Source: an uncultured Fibrobacterota bacterium (GTDB lineage Bacteria > Fibrobacterota > Chitinivibrionia > Chitinivibrionales > FEN-1185). From it: a DNA stretch of 64,000 nucleotides. The notes beneath the pieces are model-generated. The model was not told where the DNA came from and did not search any database. It saw only the letters and a list, made by a program, of their open reading frames with translations. Positions 24,130-35,557 of the stretch are shown here, in pieces. Location of the stretch: positions 1 through 64,000 of the forward strand of contig CAVWBU010000027.1 of NCBI GenBank assembly GCA_963753345.1, in the 5' to 3' direction. A program made the translations under genes and the position numbers. Numbering within the stretch: position 1 is the first letter of the stretch; every line of letters starts with the position of its first letter.

Positions 24130-25467
24130 ATGGACCACAAGAGGAAGACCAGGGAACTGCTTGCACGCGAACTTGAAGAGATGCGGCGCGAGCGCGATGA
24201 ACTCCAGGCCAGGCTCGACCGGATCGTGGACATCACCGCCGGCATCATCTACATACTTGATCCCGAAGGCCGTTTCGTTTTTGTCAATAATGCCGTTGAA
24301 GAGATTCTGTGCTATCGGCCGCAGGAGCTTCTGGGGAAACATTTCTCCTCAATCATGGCGCCGGACGAGTACCGGCGCGTGAGCAGAATGGCGGTGCTGC
24401 CTCAATTCGCAGGAAAGAAGACAGGCCCGGAGGCAGCGCCCAAGCTTTTCGACGAGCGCCGGACCGGCGAGCGCAAGACAAGGAACCTTGAGGTTCAGCT
24501 CCTCACGAAATCGCAGAAGGAAGTGATGATCATGGCCGGCAACGTCACCGGCATCGTTGCGGTCGAGGGCGCCTACAACCGCGAGGTTGCGGAGAAGAAA
24601 CGGAGCAAGTCTGCCGCTTTCATGGGCAGCCAGGGCCTTATTTTCGACATCACAAAGTACAAGCTCGCCGAAAACGAGCGGTTCGCGATCCAGCGCAGGC
24701 TGCTCGAAATGCACAGAATTGACGCGCTCAGCCGGCTCGCCGAAGGAATAGCGCACGATTTCAACAACAAGCTCGGGACCATCCTCGGGTGCGCGGAAAT
24801 GATCAAGCAGCACAGCACCGCCGGCCGCGAGGGCCTTGAGGCGTACATCGATCCCGTCATCACGGCGAGCCAGCACGCCGGCGACCTTGCCGGAAAGCTG
24901 CTCCAGTTTGCGCGCCACAGAACGCGGCACGAGGAGAATACCGACGTCAACGAGCTTGTTCTCAACGTGGTGAAGCTGCTCGAACACGCTGTTGACAAAA
25001 GGATAACAATCCGGCACGAGCTCCACCCGGAGGCGCCCGTGGTGCGCGGGGACGTCAAGCAGATCCAGAGCGCCATCCTCAACATGGCCATGAACGCGTG
25101 TGAGGCCATGCCCGAAGGCGGCAAGCTTCTTCTTGAAACCTCGGTGTTCGAAGCCGACGCCGCGTTCAGGAAAACGCATCCCCGCGTGAAGGCGGGGACG
25201 CGGTACGTCCGCGTCTCCATAACCGACACCGGCATCGGCATGGACCGCGAAACCAAGGCGCGGATGTTCGAGCCGTTCTTCACCACCAAGACCGACGGCT
25301 CGTCCATGGGAATCGGATGCACCAGCGTGTCAAGTTGCGTAAGGAACCACGACGGATTCGTGGAAGTCGAAAGCGAGCCAGGAAAAGGAACGCGCGTGGA
25401 TGTCTGCCTGCCGCTTCTGCCCGAGAAGGCCGCCGGGAATGGATCAAATCATTGCAAATCATCTTGA
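24130..25467 (+). CDS. Cytoplasmic PAS sensor histidine kinase
   Basis: PAS, H-box AHDFNN, N-box, DTGIGM, FEPFFTTK. Confidence 0.9.
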   Translation: MDHKRKTRELLARELEEMRRERDELQARLDRIVDITAGIIYILDPEGRFVFVNNAVEEILCYRPQELLGKHFSSIMAPDEYRRVSRMAVLPQFAGKKTGPEAAPKLFDERRTGERKTRNLEVQLLTKSQKEVMIMAGNVTGIVAVEGAYNREVAEKKRSKSAAFMGSQGLIFDITKYKLAENERFAIQRRLLEMHRIDALSRLAEGIAHDFNNKLGTILGCAEMIKQHSTAGREGLEAYIDPVITASQHAGDLAGKLLQFARHRTRHEENTDVNELVLNVVKLLEHAVDKRITIRHELHPEAPVVRGDVKQIQSAILNMAMNACEAMPEGGKLLLETSVFEADAAFRKTHPRVKAGTRYVRVSITDTGIGMDRETKARMFEPFFTTKTDGSSMGIGCTSVSSCVRNHDGFVEVESEPGKGTRVDVCLPLLPEKAAGNGSNHCKSS

Positions 25468-25557
25468 TTTGACCTTTGCTTCACTCGTATATTAAATCCT
25501 CTTGTCCGCGGCCTTCCGCGCCTCCTTGTCTAACAGGAAAAATCGGAACAAACGCCT

Positions 25558-27291
25558 ATGTACTGGAAAAACGCGTTCATCCGCACGCTCAGGGAAGAGC
25601 CTTCCGAGGCCGAGACGATCAGCCACAAGCTGATGCTGCGCGCGGGGATGATACAAAAACTTGCCGCCGGCATTTACAACTACCTCCCGCTGGGCCTGCG
25701 CGTCATCAGGAAGATCGAGGCGATTGTCCGCGGGGAGATGGAACAATGCAACGCCGTCGAGCTGCTCATGCCCATGGTGATTCCGGCGGAGCTGTGGCAG
25801 GAGAGCGGCAGATGGGACCACTACGGCCAGGAGCTTCTCAGGTTGACAGACAGGAAGAACAACCCGTTCCTTCTCGGGCCCACGCACGAGGAGGTGGTCG
25901 TCGACGTGGCGCGCAAGACGGTGCGTTCCTACCGCGATCTGCCCCTGTGCCTGTTCCAGATCCAGACCAAGTTCCGCGACGAAGTCCGGCCCCGGTACGG
26001 GCTCATGCGCGGCCGCGAGTTCATCATGAAGGATGCCTATTCATTTCATGCAAACGATGAATCGCTCGACGAAACCTATCGCGCCATGTACCGGGCCTAC
26101 GCGGCGATATTCAGCCGCTGCGGTCTGGAGTTTCGGGCGGTGGAGGCCGATTCGGGCAACATCGGCGGCAGCGTGACGCACGAATTCCACGTGCTTGCCG
26201 ATTCCGGGGAAGACACCATTGCGTTCTGCGATTCGTGCGACTACGCCGCGAACATCGAAAAGGCGTCGGCGCGCCCGCCCGAGGCCGCAAGCGTTCCGGC
26301 AAATGCGCCCGCGCCCGTTGAAGTCGCCACGCCCGGCACAACGAGCATCGAGGACGTCGCCTCGTTTCTGAAGATTGACGGCCGCGAAACCGTGAAGATG
26401 CTCGTTTACGAAGCGGATTCAAAGTACTTTGTGGCCGTCTGCCTGCGCGGCGACCTCGCCGTAAACGAGGTGAAGCTGCGCGCCGCTCTCGGCGCCGAAA
26501 CGGTTGCGATCCCGGCCGACGAAGTCGTGAAGGAGAAGTTGAATCTTGCCGTGGGATACCTGGGGCCGCACAATCTTCCTGCAGGATCGGTCCGGGAAGT
26601 CATCGCAGACCTGTCGGTGCGCGCCATGGGCGCAAGCGTGTGCGGCGCGAACAGGGACGGGTATCACCTGACAAACGTGTATCCCTCGCGCGATCTGAGT
26701 TTCACCAGGTTTGAGGACGTGTCTGTTGCAATCGAAGGCGACGGATGCCCGCGCTGCGCAGCAGGCAGGCTCAAGATGCGCAAGGGCATCGAGGTGGGGC
26801 AGGTGTTCAAACTCGGCGAGAAGTATTCGAAGCCGATGTCGCTCACGTATCTTGACGAAAAGGACAGCGCGCGGCTCATGACCATGGGATGTTACGGGAT
26901 CGGCGTGGGCCGCACCGCGGCGGCCGCCATCGAACAGCACCACGACGAAAACGGCATCATCTGGCCTGTCGCGATCGCTCCCTACGCGGTGGTCGTTCTC
27001 TGCCTCGATTCCGCCAATCCCGAGACCTGCGCAGTTGCGAAGAACATTCACGATTCGCTCGAACAAAACGGCATCGACGTTCTTCTCGACGACAGGCCGG
27101 AGCGGCCCGGCGTGAAATTCAAGGACGCGGATCTCATCGGCTTTCCGTACCGGGTCACCGTGGGACAAAGGGGGTTGTCGGAGGGCATCGTAGAGTTCAA
27201 GCGCCGAGGGGAGAAATCACTTGAGAAGATTCCGAAGGATTCCTGCATGGAAACGATTGTGAAGCTGGTGAAGGGGGCCCGGAAGGACTGA
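25558..27291 (+). CDS. proS: Proline--tRNA ligase with editing insertion
   Basis: LGPTHEE, KFRDEVRPR, GCYGIGVGR, KDADLIG. Confidence 0.98.
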   Translation: MYWKNAFIRTLREEPSEAETISHKLMLRAGMIQKLAAGIYNYLPLGLRVIRKIEAIVRGEMEQCNAVELLMPMVIPAELWQESGRWDHYGQELLRLTDRKNNPFLLGPTHEEVVVDVARKTVRSYRDLPLCLFQIQTKFRDEVRPRYGLMRGREFIMKDAYSFHANDESLDETYRAMYRAYAAIFSRCGLEFRAVEADSGNIGGSVTHEFHVLADSGEDTIAFCDSCDYAANIEKASARPPEAASVPANAPAPVEVATPGTTSIEDVASFLKIDGRETVKMLVYEADSKYFVAVCLRGDLAVNEVKLRAALGAETVAIPADEVVKEKLNLAVGYLGPHNLPAGSVREVIADLSVRAMGASVCGANRDGYHLTNVYPSRDLSFTRFEDVSVAIEGDGCPRCAAGRLKMRKGIEVGQVFKLGEKYSKPMSLTYLDEKDSARLMTMGCYGIGVGRTAAAAIEQHHDENGIIWPVAIAPYAVVVLCLDSANPETCAVAKNIHDSLEQNGIDVLLDDRPERPGVKFKDADLIGFPYRVTVGQRGLSEGIVEFKRRGEKSLEKIPKDSCMETIVKLVKGARKD

Positions 27292-27439
27292 TCGAAAAAA
27301 AAGGACAAATCTGCCATTCTGGACATGGCCGAAATGGTATTTTTATAAATTGCGTTTTCCATCACGGTAAGCAAAAATATGGTTGACTTGTCCGGGGATG
27401 TGTTACTATAATGAGGATGCGCGCTTTGAAAAGGACGAC

Positions 27440-28372
27440 ATGAAAAAACCGGCCTGGTCGCTTCTTTTTTATTCAACCGGTTCAACCGGCAGGGTAAGGC
27501 ATTTGCCCATTACCAGGCCGTTGATATTGTTCGTTTCGTTGATCGCGGTACTCGGGATGCTCGGATTCGGGCGGAGCGTTTACTTCGTATCGTCCTACGG
27601 GCTCGCAAAGCTCAAGATGTATTTCAGCCTCAAGGAAAACATCATCCTCAAGGAAAAGGTCGATGTCATTGCAAAGTATTCCAGGGAAAAAGTCTCGGCT
27701 CTCGACGGTCTTGTCTTATTTGAAAACAGGGCGCGGGCAAAATTCGGGCTGGATTCGGTGAGCGATGACTTCCGGAAGGCAGGCGTTGGCGGAAGACCCA
27801 GCAACAGCGAAATCATTCTTGCCGCTCTTGGAGATCCGGTGCTCATGAAGACCGATACGGTGAAAGAGGATATCCTTGCACTGTTGCGCCAGGTAAAGCT
27901 CGAAGACACCACGTTCGGCGCCATGGCCTCGCAGGTTGAAAGGCAGATCACCGTCTGGTCGCAGCGCCCCGCCGTCTCCCCGGTGTGGGGCCGCATCTCG
28001 TCCGGTTTCGGGTACAGGATTCATCCGTTTACAGGGCAAACCGTGTTCCACGAGGGAATAGACATTTCCAACCAGATTGGCACGCCGGTGCGCTGCACTG
28101 CGGATGGCGTGGTTTCATTCGCCGGCTACAAGGACTATTTCGGGAATCTCGTCCAGATAACGCATCCGTCAAGCGGCTTCAAGACCATGTACGGACATCT
28201 CAAGAAGGCCGCGGTCATCGAGGGGCAGGTGGTGAAACGCGGTGAGATCATAGGCTACCTGGGAAACAGCGGAAGGAGCACCGGCCCTCACCTTCATTAC
28301 GAAGTCCACAAGCTCACCAACAAAGTCAATCCGATCGATTTCATCCTGCCCCCCGACACCATGATCGACTGA
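27440..28372 (+). CDS. M23 family metallopeptidase
   Basis: HEGIDI, YGHL, STGPHLHYEV; N-terminal TM. Confidence 0.92.
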   Translation: MKKPAWSLLFYSTGSTGRVRHLPITRPLILFVSLIAVLGMLGFGRSVYFVSSYGLAKLKMYFSLKENIILKEKVDVIAKYSREKVSALDGLVLFENRARAKFGLDSVSDDFRKAGVGGRPSNSEIILAALGDPVLMKTDTVKEDILALLRQVKLEDTTFGAMASQVERQITVWSQRPAVSPVWGRISSGFGYRIHPFTGQTVFHEGIDISNQIGTPVRCTADGVVSFAGYKDYFGNLVQITHPSSGFKTMYGHLKKAAVIEGQVVKRGEIIGYLGNSGRSTGPHLHYEVHKLTNKVNPIDFILPPDTMID

Positions 28373-28439
28373 AGAGTTTTTTCTGCCTGAATTTCTCTAC
28401 GTTCTAAGAATCTTGTCAAGAATGAGGTGTTTTTTTTGT

Positions 28440-28873
28440 GGGGGAAGGATCCCCCTCGCTCCGGCCTCCTCGGCCTTTGGCCTGCGGTGTCCTGCGCTAC
28501 CCCCTCCTGGGTAGCCGCCTTGACAAAGTGTTTTCAAGACTGTGCATTGCTGTGGCGGCACCCATGAAAAGTAGCTGAAAAGCTGAGAAGGTAAATGGTT
28601 GAGAAGAAAAAGCGTTGAAAAGTAGAAAATACAAAGAACAGCTCTGGCTGATTATTGCGGATGCCGATTGGCGCGGAAATGACACTTGACTGAATAGAAT
28701 TCTGTTACCGCGCGTTAGGTGGACCGGAGGGTGAGCTGAAGCGAATTGCCGGCCGACCCCAGCCGAAGGCCATCGGGGCGGACCGGCAACGAGGCTGACC
28801 AGCCGAGCCCGGAGGGAGACCGACCCCGAGGAGAGTCGCACAACCTTGCGACTCTCCTTGGGGGAACGCCCAA
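28440..28873 (+). repeat. Structured repeat element, copy A (core 28686-28873)
   Basis: Homologous to 34353-34760 and 50018-50182. Confidence 0.85.
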
Positions 28874-28927
28874 CTCCTTCTGTTTTATTGATGATATATA
28901 TTTATTAAAGAGAATGGAGGTCTCATT

Positions 28928-29902
28928 GTGATCGTCATCACCGGCGGAGCGGGATTCATCGGCAGCGTGCTGGCCTGGCGGCTCAACCAGAGGGGCGTGT
29001 CCGATATTCTTATCGTCGACCACCTCGGCGCGTCGGAGAAATGGAAGAACCTGGCGCCGCTTTCCTTTTCGGACTATCTTGACAGAGGCGATTTCATTAC
29101 GCGGCTCGAACGGGGCGACTTCGGCGATTCCATCGACGTTCTTTTCCACCTGGGCGCCTGCTCCTCAACCACGGAGACCGATGCCTCCTACCTCATGGAG
29201 AACAACTACCGGTACTCGGTGAGGATAGGCGAGTGGCGGGAAAAACACAGGAAAACGCGCCTCGTCTATGCGTCAAGCGCAGCCACGTACGGAAACGGCG
29301 AACAGGGATATTCCGACGACGAGGGAAGGCTCAGCGCGCTCAGACCGCTCAACATGTACGGCTATTCCAAACACCTGTTCGACCTGCACGCGGCCCGGTG
29401 CGGATGGCTCGGGGAGATCGCGGGCCTCAAGTACTTCAACGTGTTCGGCCCGGACGAGAACCACAAGGGCGACATGCGGAGCGTGATCAACAAGGCATTC
29501 CCCCGCATGCGCGACGAAGGAGCAATTTCACTCTTCAAATCCTACCGGTCCGACTGCAAGAACGGCGAACAGAAACGCGATTTCGTGTATGTAATGGACG
29601 CGGTGGAAATGACGCTTTTCTTTATGGAGCGCCGTGACGTGAACGGCATTTACAACATAGGAACCGGCGCGGCGCGGTCGTGGAACGACGTGGCAAACGC
29701 GATGTTCGCCGCGCTCAAAAAAAAGCCTGACATCAAATACATTCCCATGCCCCAATCCATCCGTGAGAAGTACCAGTACTTCACGCAGGCCGATCTCACC
29801 AAACTGAGAAAGGCCGGGTGTGACATAACGTGCAGGACACTTGAGGAATCGGTGGGGGAATATGTGAGTGAGTATCTGCAGAAGGGCGGGTTGATTTCCT
29901 GA
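28928..29902 (+). CDS. hldD: ADP-L-glycero-D-manno-heptose 6-epimerase
   Basis: TGGAGFIGS, GACSSTTE, YASSAATYG, PLNMYGYSK, KYQYFTQAD. Confidence 0.95.
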   Translation: MIVITGGAGFIGSVLAWRLNQRGVSDILIVDHLGASEKWKNLAPLSFSDYLDRGDFITRLERGDFGDSIDVLFHLGACSSTTETDASYLMENNYRYSVRIGEWREKHRKTRLVYASSAATYGNGEQGYSDDEGRLSALRPLNMYGYSKHLFDLHAARCGWLGEIAGLKYFNVFGPDENHKGDMRSVINKAFPRMRDEGAISLFKSYRSDCKNGEQKRDFVYVMDAVEMTLFFMERRDVNGIYNIGTGAARSWNDVANAMFAALKKKPDIKYIPMPQSIREKYQYFTQADLTKLRKAGCDITCRTLEESVGEYVSEYLQKGGLIS

Positions 29903-29926
29903 AGGTTCCCCGAATCCCGCCCGCCG

Positions 29927-31942
<2,016 letters not shown>

Positions 31943-32008
31943 GAGGACTTTGGTGATGCAAGAAAAAGGTTGATGATAAGCCCGTGCTGCGGCACGCCGT
32001 CAAACCGC

Positions 32009-32707
32009 TCAGAAAAATGCCGTGATTTCGAATCCAACTACGCACAGCGCCCCCAGCACGACGCCCAGGATTTCGCCGTTGCGCGATCCATTGTTGACAC
32101 TATGAAAGTTGCCGTCGTTGCACTCCGCCACCGCCCACACAAATCCGCCGATCGCGCCTGCGCCGAATGTGAGCCGCAGGAGTGCCTTGTTGTCAAGCAA
32201 GTTCTTCTTCGGCAGCGTCTTGTTGAGCACCACGGTCTCGCCTTTGGGCACCACGATGTCTTCGACCACCTTGTCGTAGGCCTTGCCCTGCTGTTTGATC
32301 TCAAGCCTGTATTTGCCGGGAATGATGAAGTCGTTTGACAACGGCGTCTTGCCGAGGTTGGTGAGGACATACACGTCGGCGCCCTGAGGGTCGGAATTAA
32401 CCTTGAGCGAGCCGTAGCGTGATTTGACGGTCTTTTCGACAAGGGTATTCTCGCCGGCCTGAATGAACACCTCCTCAACCGTGCTCGTGTGTTGCGCCGG
32501 GTCCACGAGCTTGAGCGAATACCTGCCCGCCTTGAGCTTCTTGTCGAGCACGGGGGAGTCGCCGACGTATTTGTCGTCGAGCCACACCTCGATGCCGTCC
32601 GGGTCGGTCTTCACCGTGAGCGTGCCGTCGGCATCCGCGAACGCGGCGGTTCTGAAACAAACGCAGACCGAAGCGGCGAAGATAACCGTCAATGTGCGTA
32701 GGGTCAT
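32009..32707 (-). CDS. PEGA domain protein (two PEGA repeats)
   Basis: GTLTVKTDPDGIEVWLD and GSLKVNSDPQGADVY; signal peptide; C-terminal TM helices. Confidence 0.85.
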   Translation of the reverse strand: MTLRTLTVIFAASVCVCFRTAAFADADGTLTVKTDPDGIEVWLDDKYVGDSPVLDKKLKAGRYSLKLVDPAQHTSTVEEVFIQAGENTLVEKTVKSRYGSLKVNSDPQGADVYVLTNLGKTPLSNDFIIPGKYRLEIKQQGKAYDKVVEDIVVPKGETVVLNKTLPKKNLLDNKALLRLTFGAGAIGGFVWAVAECNDGNFHSVNNGSRNGEILGVVLGALCVVGFEITAFF

Positions 32708-32973
32708 AGGATCTCCTGCGGGAGTCCGTCGTGAGAATACACCGTGTTTTCCCAGGAAAACCTTTTCAGGGGAAAGGGCACGGGTTTATTTTACTATGTA
32801 CCGGACGGTCCGCCCTAATCTTCAGGCCCGATCCGGAAAAAAGCCATCGTCTGACAAGCGCGAATTTTCAAGGCGCATCCGTTTAAAATACAATACGTTG
32901 CCGGTCAAAACAAAAGCAAACGTTCGCTCGTCTGCGCCGGCAGTCCGGACAATCTCACCGAAAAGAGGACACC

Positions 32974-34326
32974 GTGTTGGGAAACAGCAAGGTCATCTGG
33001 AAGGAAGGGATGTTCCTTCAGCCGCACCATTTCCAGCAGTCGGAGCGCCACCTGCTCAATGCGGTCCGCGCGGCGCAGCTCGCGCATTCGCCGCACTGGT
33101 ATGGCGTCACGGCGCTAGAAATCGACAAAGACGCGATCGCCAACGGCCTTTTCTCGGTGACGCGGTGCACCGGCATGCTCCCGGACGGCGTGACGTTTTC
33201 CGTGCCCGGGGAGGACCCGCCGCCTGCGGCGCGGTCGTTTGCCGACCACCTGAGCCACGACCAGCAGTCGCTCGACGTGTTTCTCGCGCTGCCGGTGCTC
33301 GCGGACGGCAAGGCCAACGTTGTTCCTGCCGCGGCGGAAGGAATGGCCGCGGCGCGGTTCCGCTCGCGTGCCGTTTCCGTCGCCGACGAGGTGCTGGGAA
33401 CGCAGCGCAAGGAGATCGACGTCGGTGCGTTCAATTTTGTGATCCTGTTCGGCGACGAATCGCTTGACAACCACGCAGCCTTCCAGGTCGGCAGGCTGGC
33501 GCGGAACAGGAGCGGCGGCGTGGAGCTTGCGGAGTCGTTCGTGCCGCCGCTGCTTTGCGTCGGCGCCTCGCCGTTTCTGCTGTCCCTCTTCCGCTCGCTC
33601 CTGGAGCTTCTTCTCGCAAAAATCAATTCGCTGTCCCAGGGAAGGAAACAGGTCGAGGGAGGGTTCGCGCAGTTCACGGGCGGGGAGGAGACGCAGTTTC
33701 GGCTCCTTACGACGCTCAACACGTTCACGCCGCTGCTTACGCATTACCATTCGTTTCCGAGCGTTCATCCGTTTGAGGCGTTCTGCCTCCTCACGCAGTT
33801 CGCCGGCGCGCTGTGCACCTTCTCGTCGGAGGTGTCGATTAAGAACCTGCCGCGCTACGATCACACGAATCTTTCCGGGACGTTTTCCAATCTTGTCAAG
33901 GTCATCCGCACCGTGCTCGAGGCCGACATCCAGGCCGGCTGCGTGCCCGTGCCCATAGAGCAGATCAACCAGGCCACGTTCCTGTGCAACATTCCCGACC
34001 AGAAACTGCTGTCGGTCGCAAAGTTCTTTCTCGGCGTTTCGGCAAAGGTGCAGGACAAGGAGCTGGTGGTGGGAGCGCTGCAGCGGATCAAGATGTGCTC
34101 CCGGAACCGGCTCGATCTGCTTATTTCGTCGGCAATGCCGGGCCTTCCGCTCAAGCACGTCATGCACCCGCCGCAGGGGCTTTCCACCAAGCCGGGGTTC
34201 GTGTATTTCGCGCTCGAACAGCAGGGAGATTTCTGGAACCAGATCAAGGCCGCGGGAAACATAGCGTTTTATTTTCCGAACAGCTATCCTGAATTAAAAA
34301 TGGAAATGCTGGCGTTAAAAGAATAG
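32974..34326 (+). CDS. tssK: Type VI secretion baseplate subunit TssK
   Basis: VIWKEGMFLQPHHFQQ, FVPPLL, PRYDH, AMPGLPL; 450 aa. Confidence 0.93.
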   Translation: MLGNSKVIWKEGMFLQPHHFQQSERHLLNAVRAAQLAHSPHWYGVTALEIDKDAIANGLFSVTRCTGMLPDGVTFSVPGEDPPPAARSFADHLSHDQQSLDVFLALPVLADGKANVVPAAAEGMAAARFRSRAVSVADEVLGTQRKEIDVGAFNFVILFGDESLDNHAAFQVGRLARNRSGGVELAESFVPPLLCVGASPFLLSLFRSLLELLLAKINSLSQGRKQVEGGFAQFTGGEETQFRLLTTLNTFTPLLTHYHSFPSVHPFEAFCLLTQFAGALCTFSSEVSIKNLPRYDHTNLSGTFSNLVKVIRTVLEADIQAGCVPVPIEQINQATFLCNIPDQKLLSVAKFFLGVSAKVQDKELVVGALQRIKMCSRNRLDLLISSAMPGLPLKHVMHPPQGLSTKPGFVYFALEQQGDFWNQIKAAGNIAFYFPNSYPELKMEMLALKE

Positions 34327-34352
34327 GCTAAATAAAGAAGATATTTTTCTAA

Positions 34353-34760
34353 GGGGGGAGGTATCCCCCTCGCTACGGCCCGGCCGCGCCACTTTGCAAA
34401 CCAGTATCTCGGAGGCGCGTCCGGTCCTCCGCTACCCCCTCGTGGGTAGCCCCCTAGAGAGTTGATTTGCGAGAAAGAAACGTTAGCTGCGGGGGCACCG
34501 AGAAAAAGAGTTGAAAGTTGACGGTTGGCAGTTGACGGCGGGACTTGGAAGAAATTACCCGAGTTCATTTTGACAATTCAGGTTGGCGCAAAAATATAAC
34601 TTGACTGAAAAGATTTCCTCTGCCGCGCGTTAGGTGGACCGGAGGGTGAGCCAGGGCGAATTGCCGGCCGACCCGGCCGCAAGGCATTGGGCGGCCGGCA
34701 ACGAGGCGAATACCCGAGCCCGGAGGGAGACCGGCCGGAGCGTAGCGAGGGCAACGCCCA
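34353..34760 (+). repeat. Structured repeat element, copy B (core 34601-34760), between tssK and tssL
   Basis: Homologous to copies A and C. Confidence 0.85.
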
Positions 34761-34803
34761 GATTTTCGGACTATTTCAAGAAACTATTTCAAAGGACTTT
34801 GCC

Positions 34804-35551
34804 GTGCCGTCGTCATTCGTCCAAACCGTAACCTCCCAGACCATGAACCTGGACGTCACCAAGATGCTCGGCATCAAGCGCGACGTGACCGCGCTGTGCA
34901 CCGACCTGTTCCTCATCATCATTCGCATGCGTGAAGCGGAAGACCTGGGCGATCCGGCCGCGCTCCGCAAGCTCATCACCTATTACCTCTCCCTGTTCGA
35001 AAAGAACTGCAAGGCCATCGGCATGGACCCGGAGTCTGCGGCCGAGGCGAAATACGCCATTGTCGCGCTCGTGGACGAGACCGTGCTCAGCGTCCCGGGC
35101 GCGTGCAGAGACTACTGGATTTCGCGTCCCATGCAGCTCGACTACTTCGGCGACAACATTGCGGGACAGGAATTCTTCGAGAAGCTGCAGAAACTGCAGC
35201 TCACGGCCGAAAACAAGAAACACGTCCTCGAAGTGTATTTCCTGTGTCTGGCGCTCGGGTTCGAGGGCAAGTACAAGATGTTCAATCCCGCGGAGCGCAT
35301 CGCGATCATGGAAGACCTGGGCCGCAAAATCCGGAGAACCAGGATCAGGGTTTCCTCCGATTTGTCGCCGCACGGCAGGCGGCCGGAATCGTCCGCCGAG
35401 AAGAGGAGCAAGGCGTTTCTCTTCCCGCTGTGGCTTTCGGCTGCCGTCGCCGCCGCTGGCGGTGATTGTCTGCTGGGTCGTTTTGTTTTTTGTCAACAGC
35501 TCCGAGGCGAATGCCCTGCTTTCGTCCATCCAATCACTGGCGGCGCGGTAA
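34804..35551 (+). CDS. tssL: TssL/DotU family protein with an apparent 1-nt frameshift near 35454
   Basis: KYAIVALVDE, AGQEFF, LEVYFLCLALGFEGKY; the C-terminal TM continues in another frame to stop 35551. Confidence 0.85.
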
Positions 35552-35557
35552 CAGACC

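Noticed and set aside
28714-28873. GTTAGGT core suggesting integron attC sites
   Set aside because: No conserved upstream RYYYAAC partner, no cassette array and no integrase.
34687-34803. N-terminal extension of TssL
   Set aside because: Largely derived from the repeat element; GTG 34804 has an RBS.
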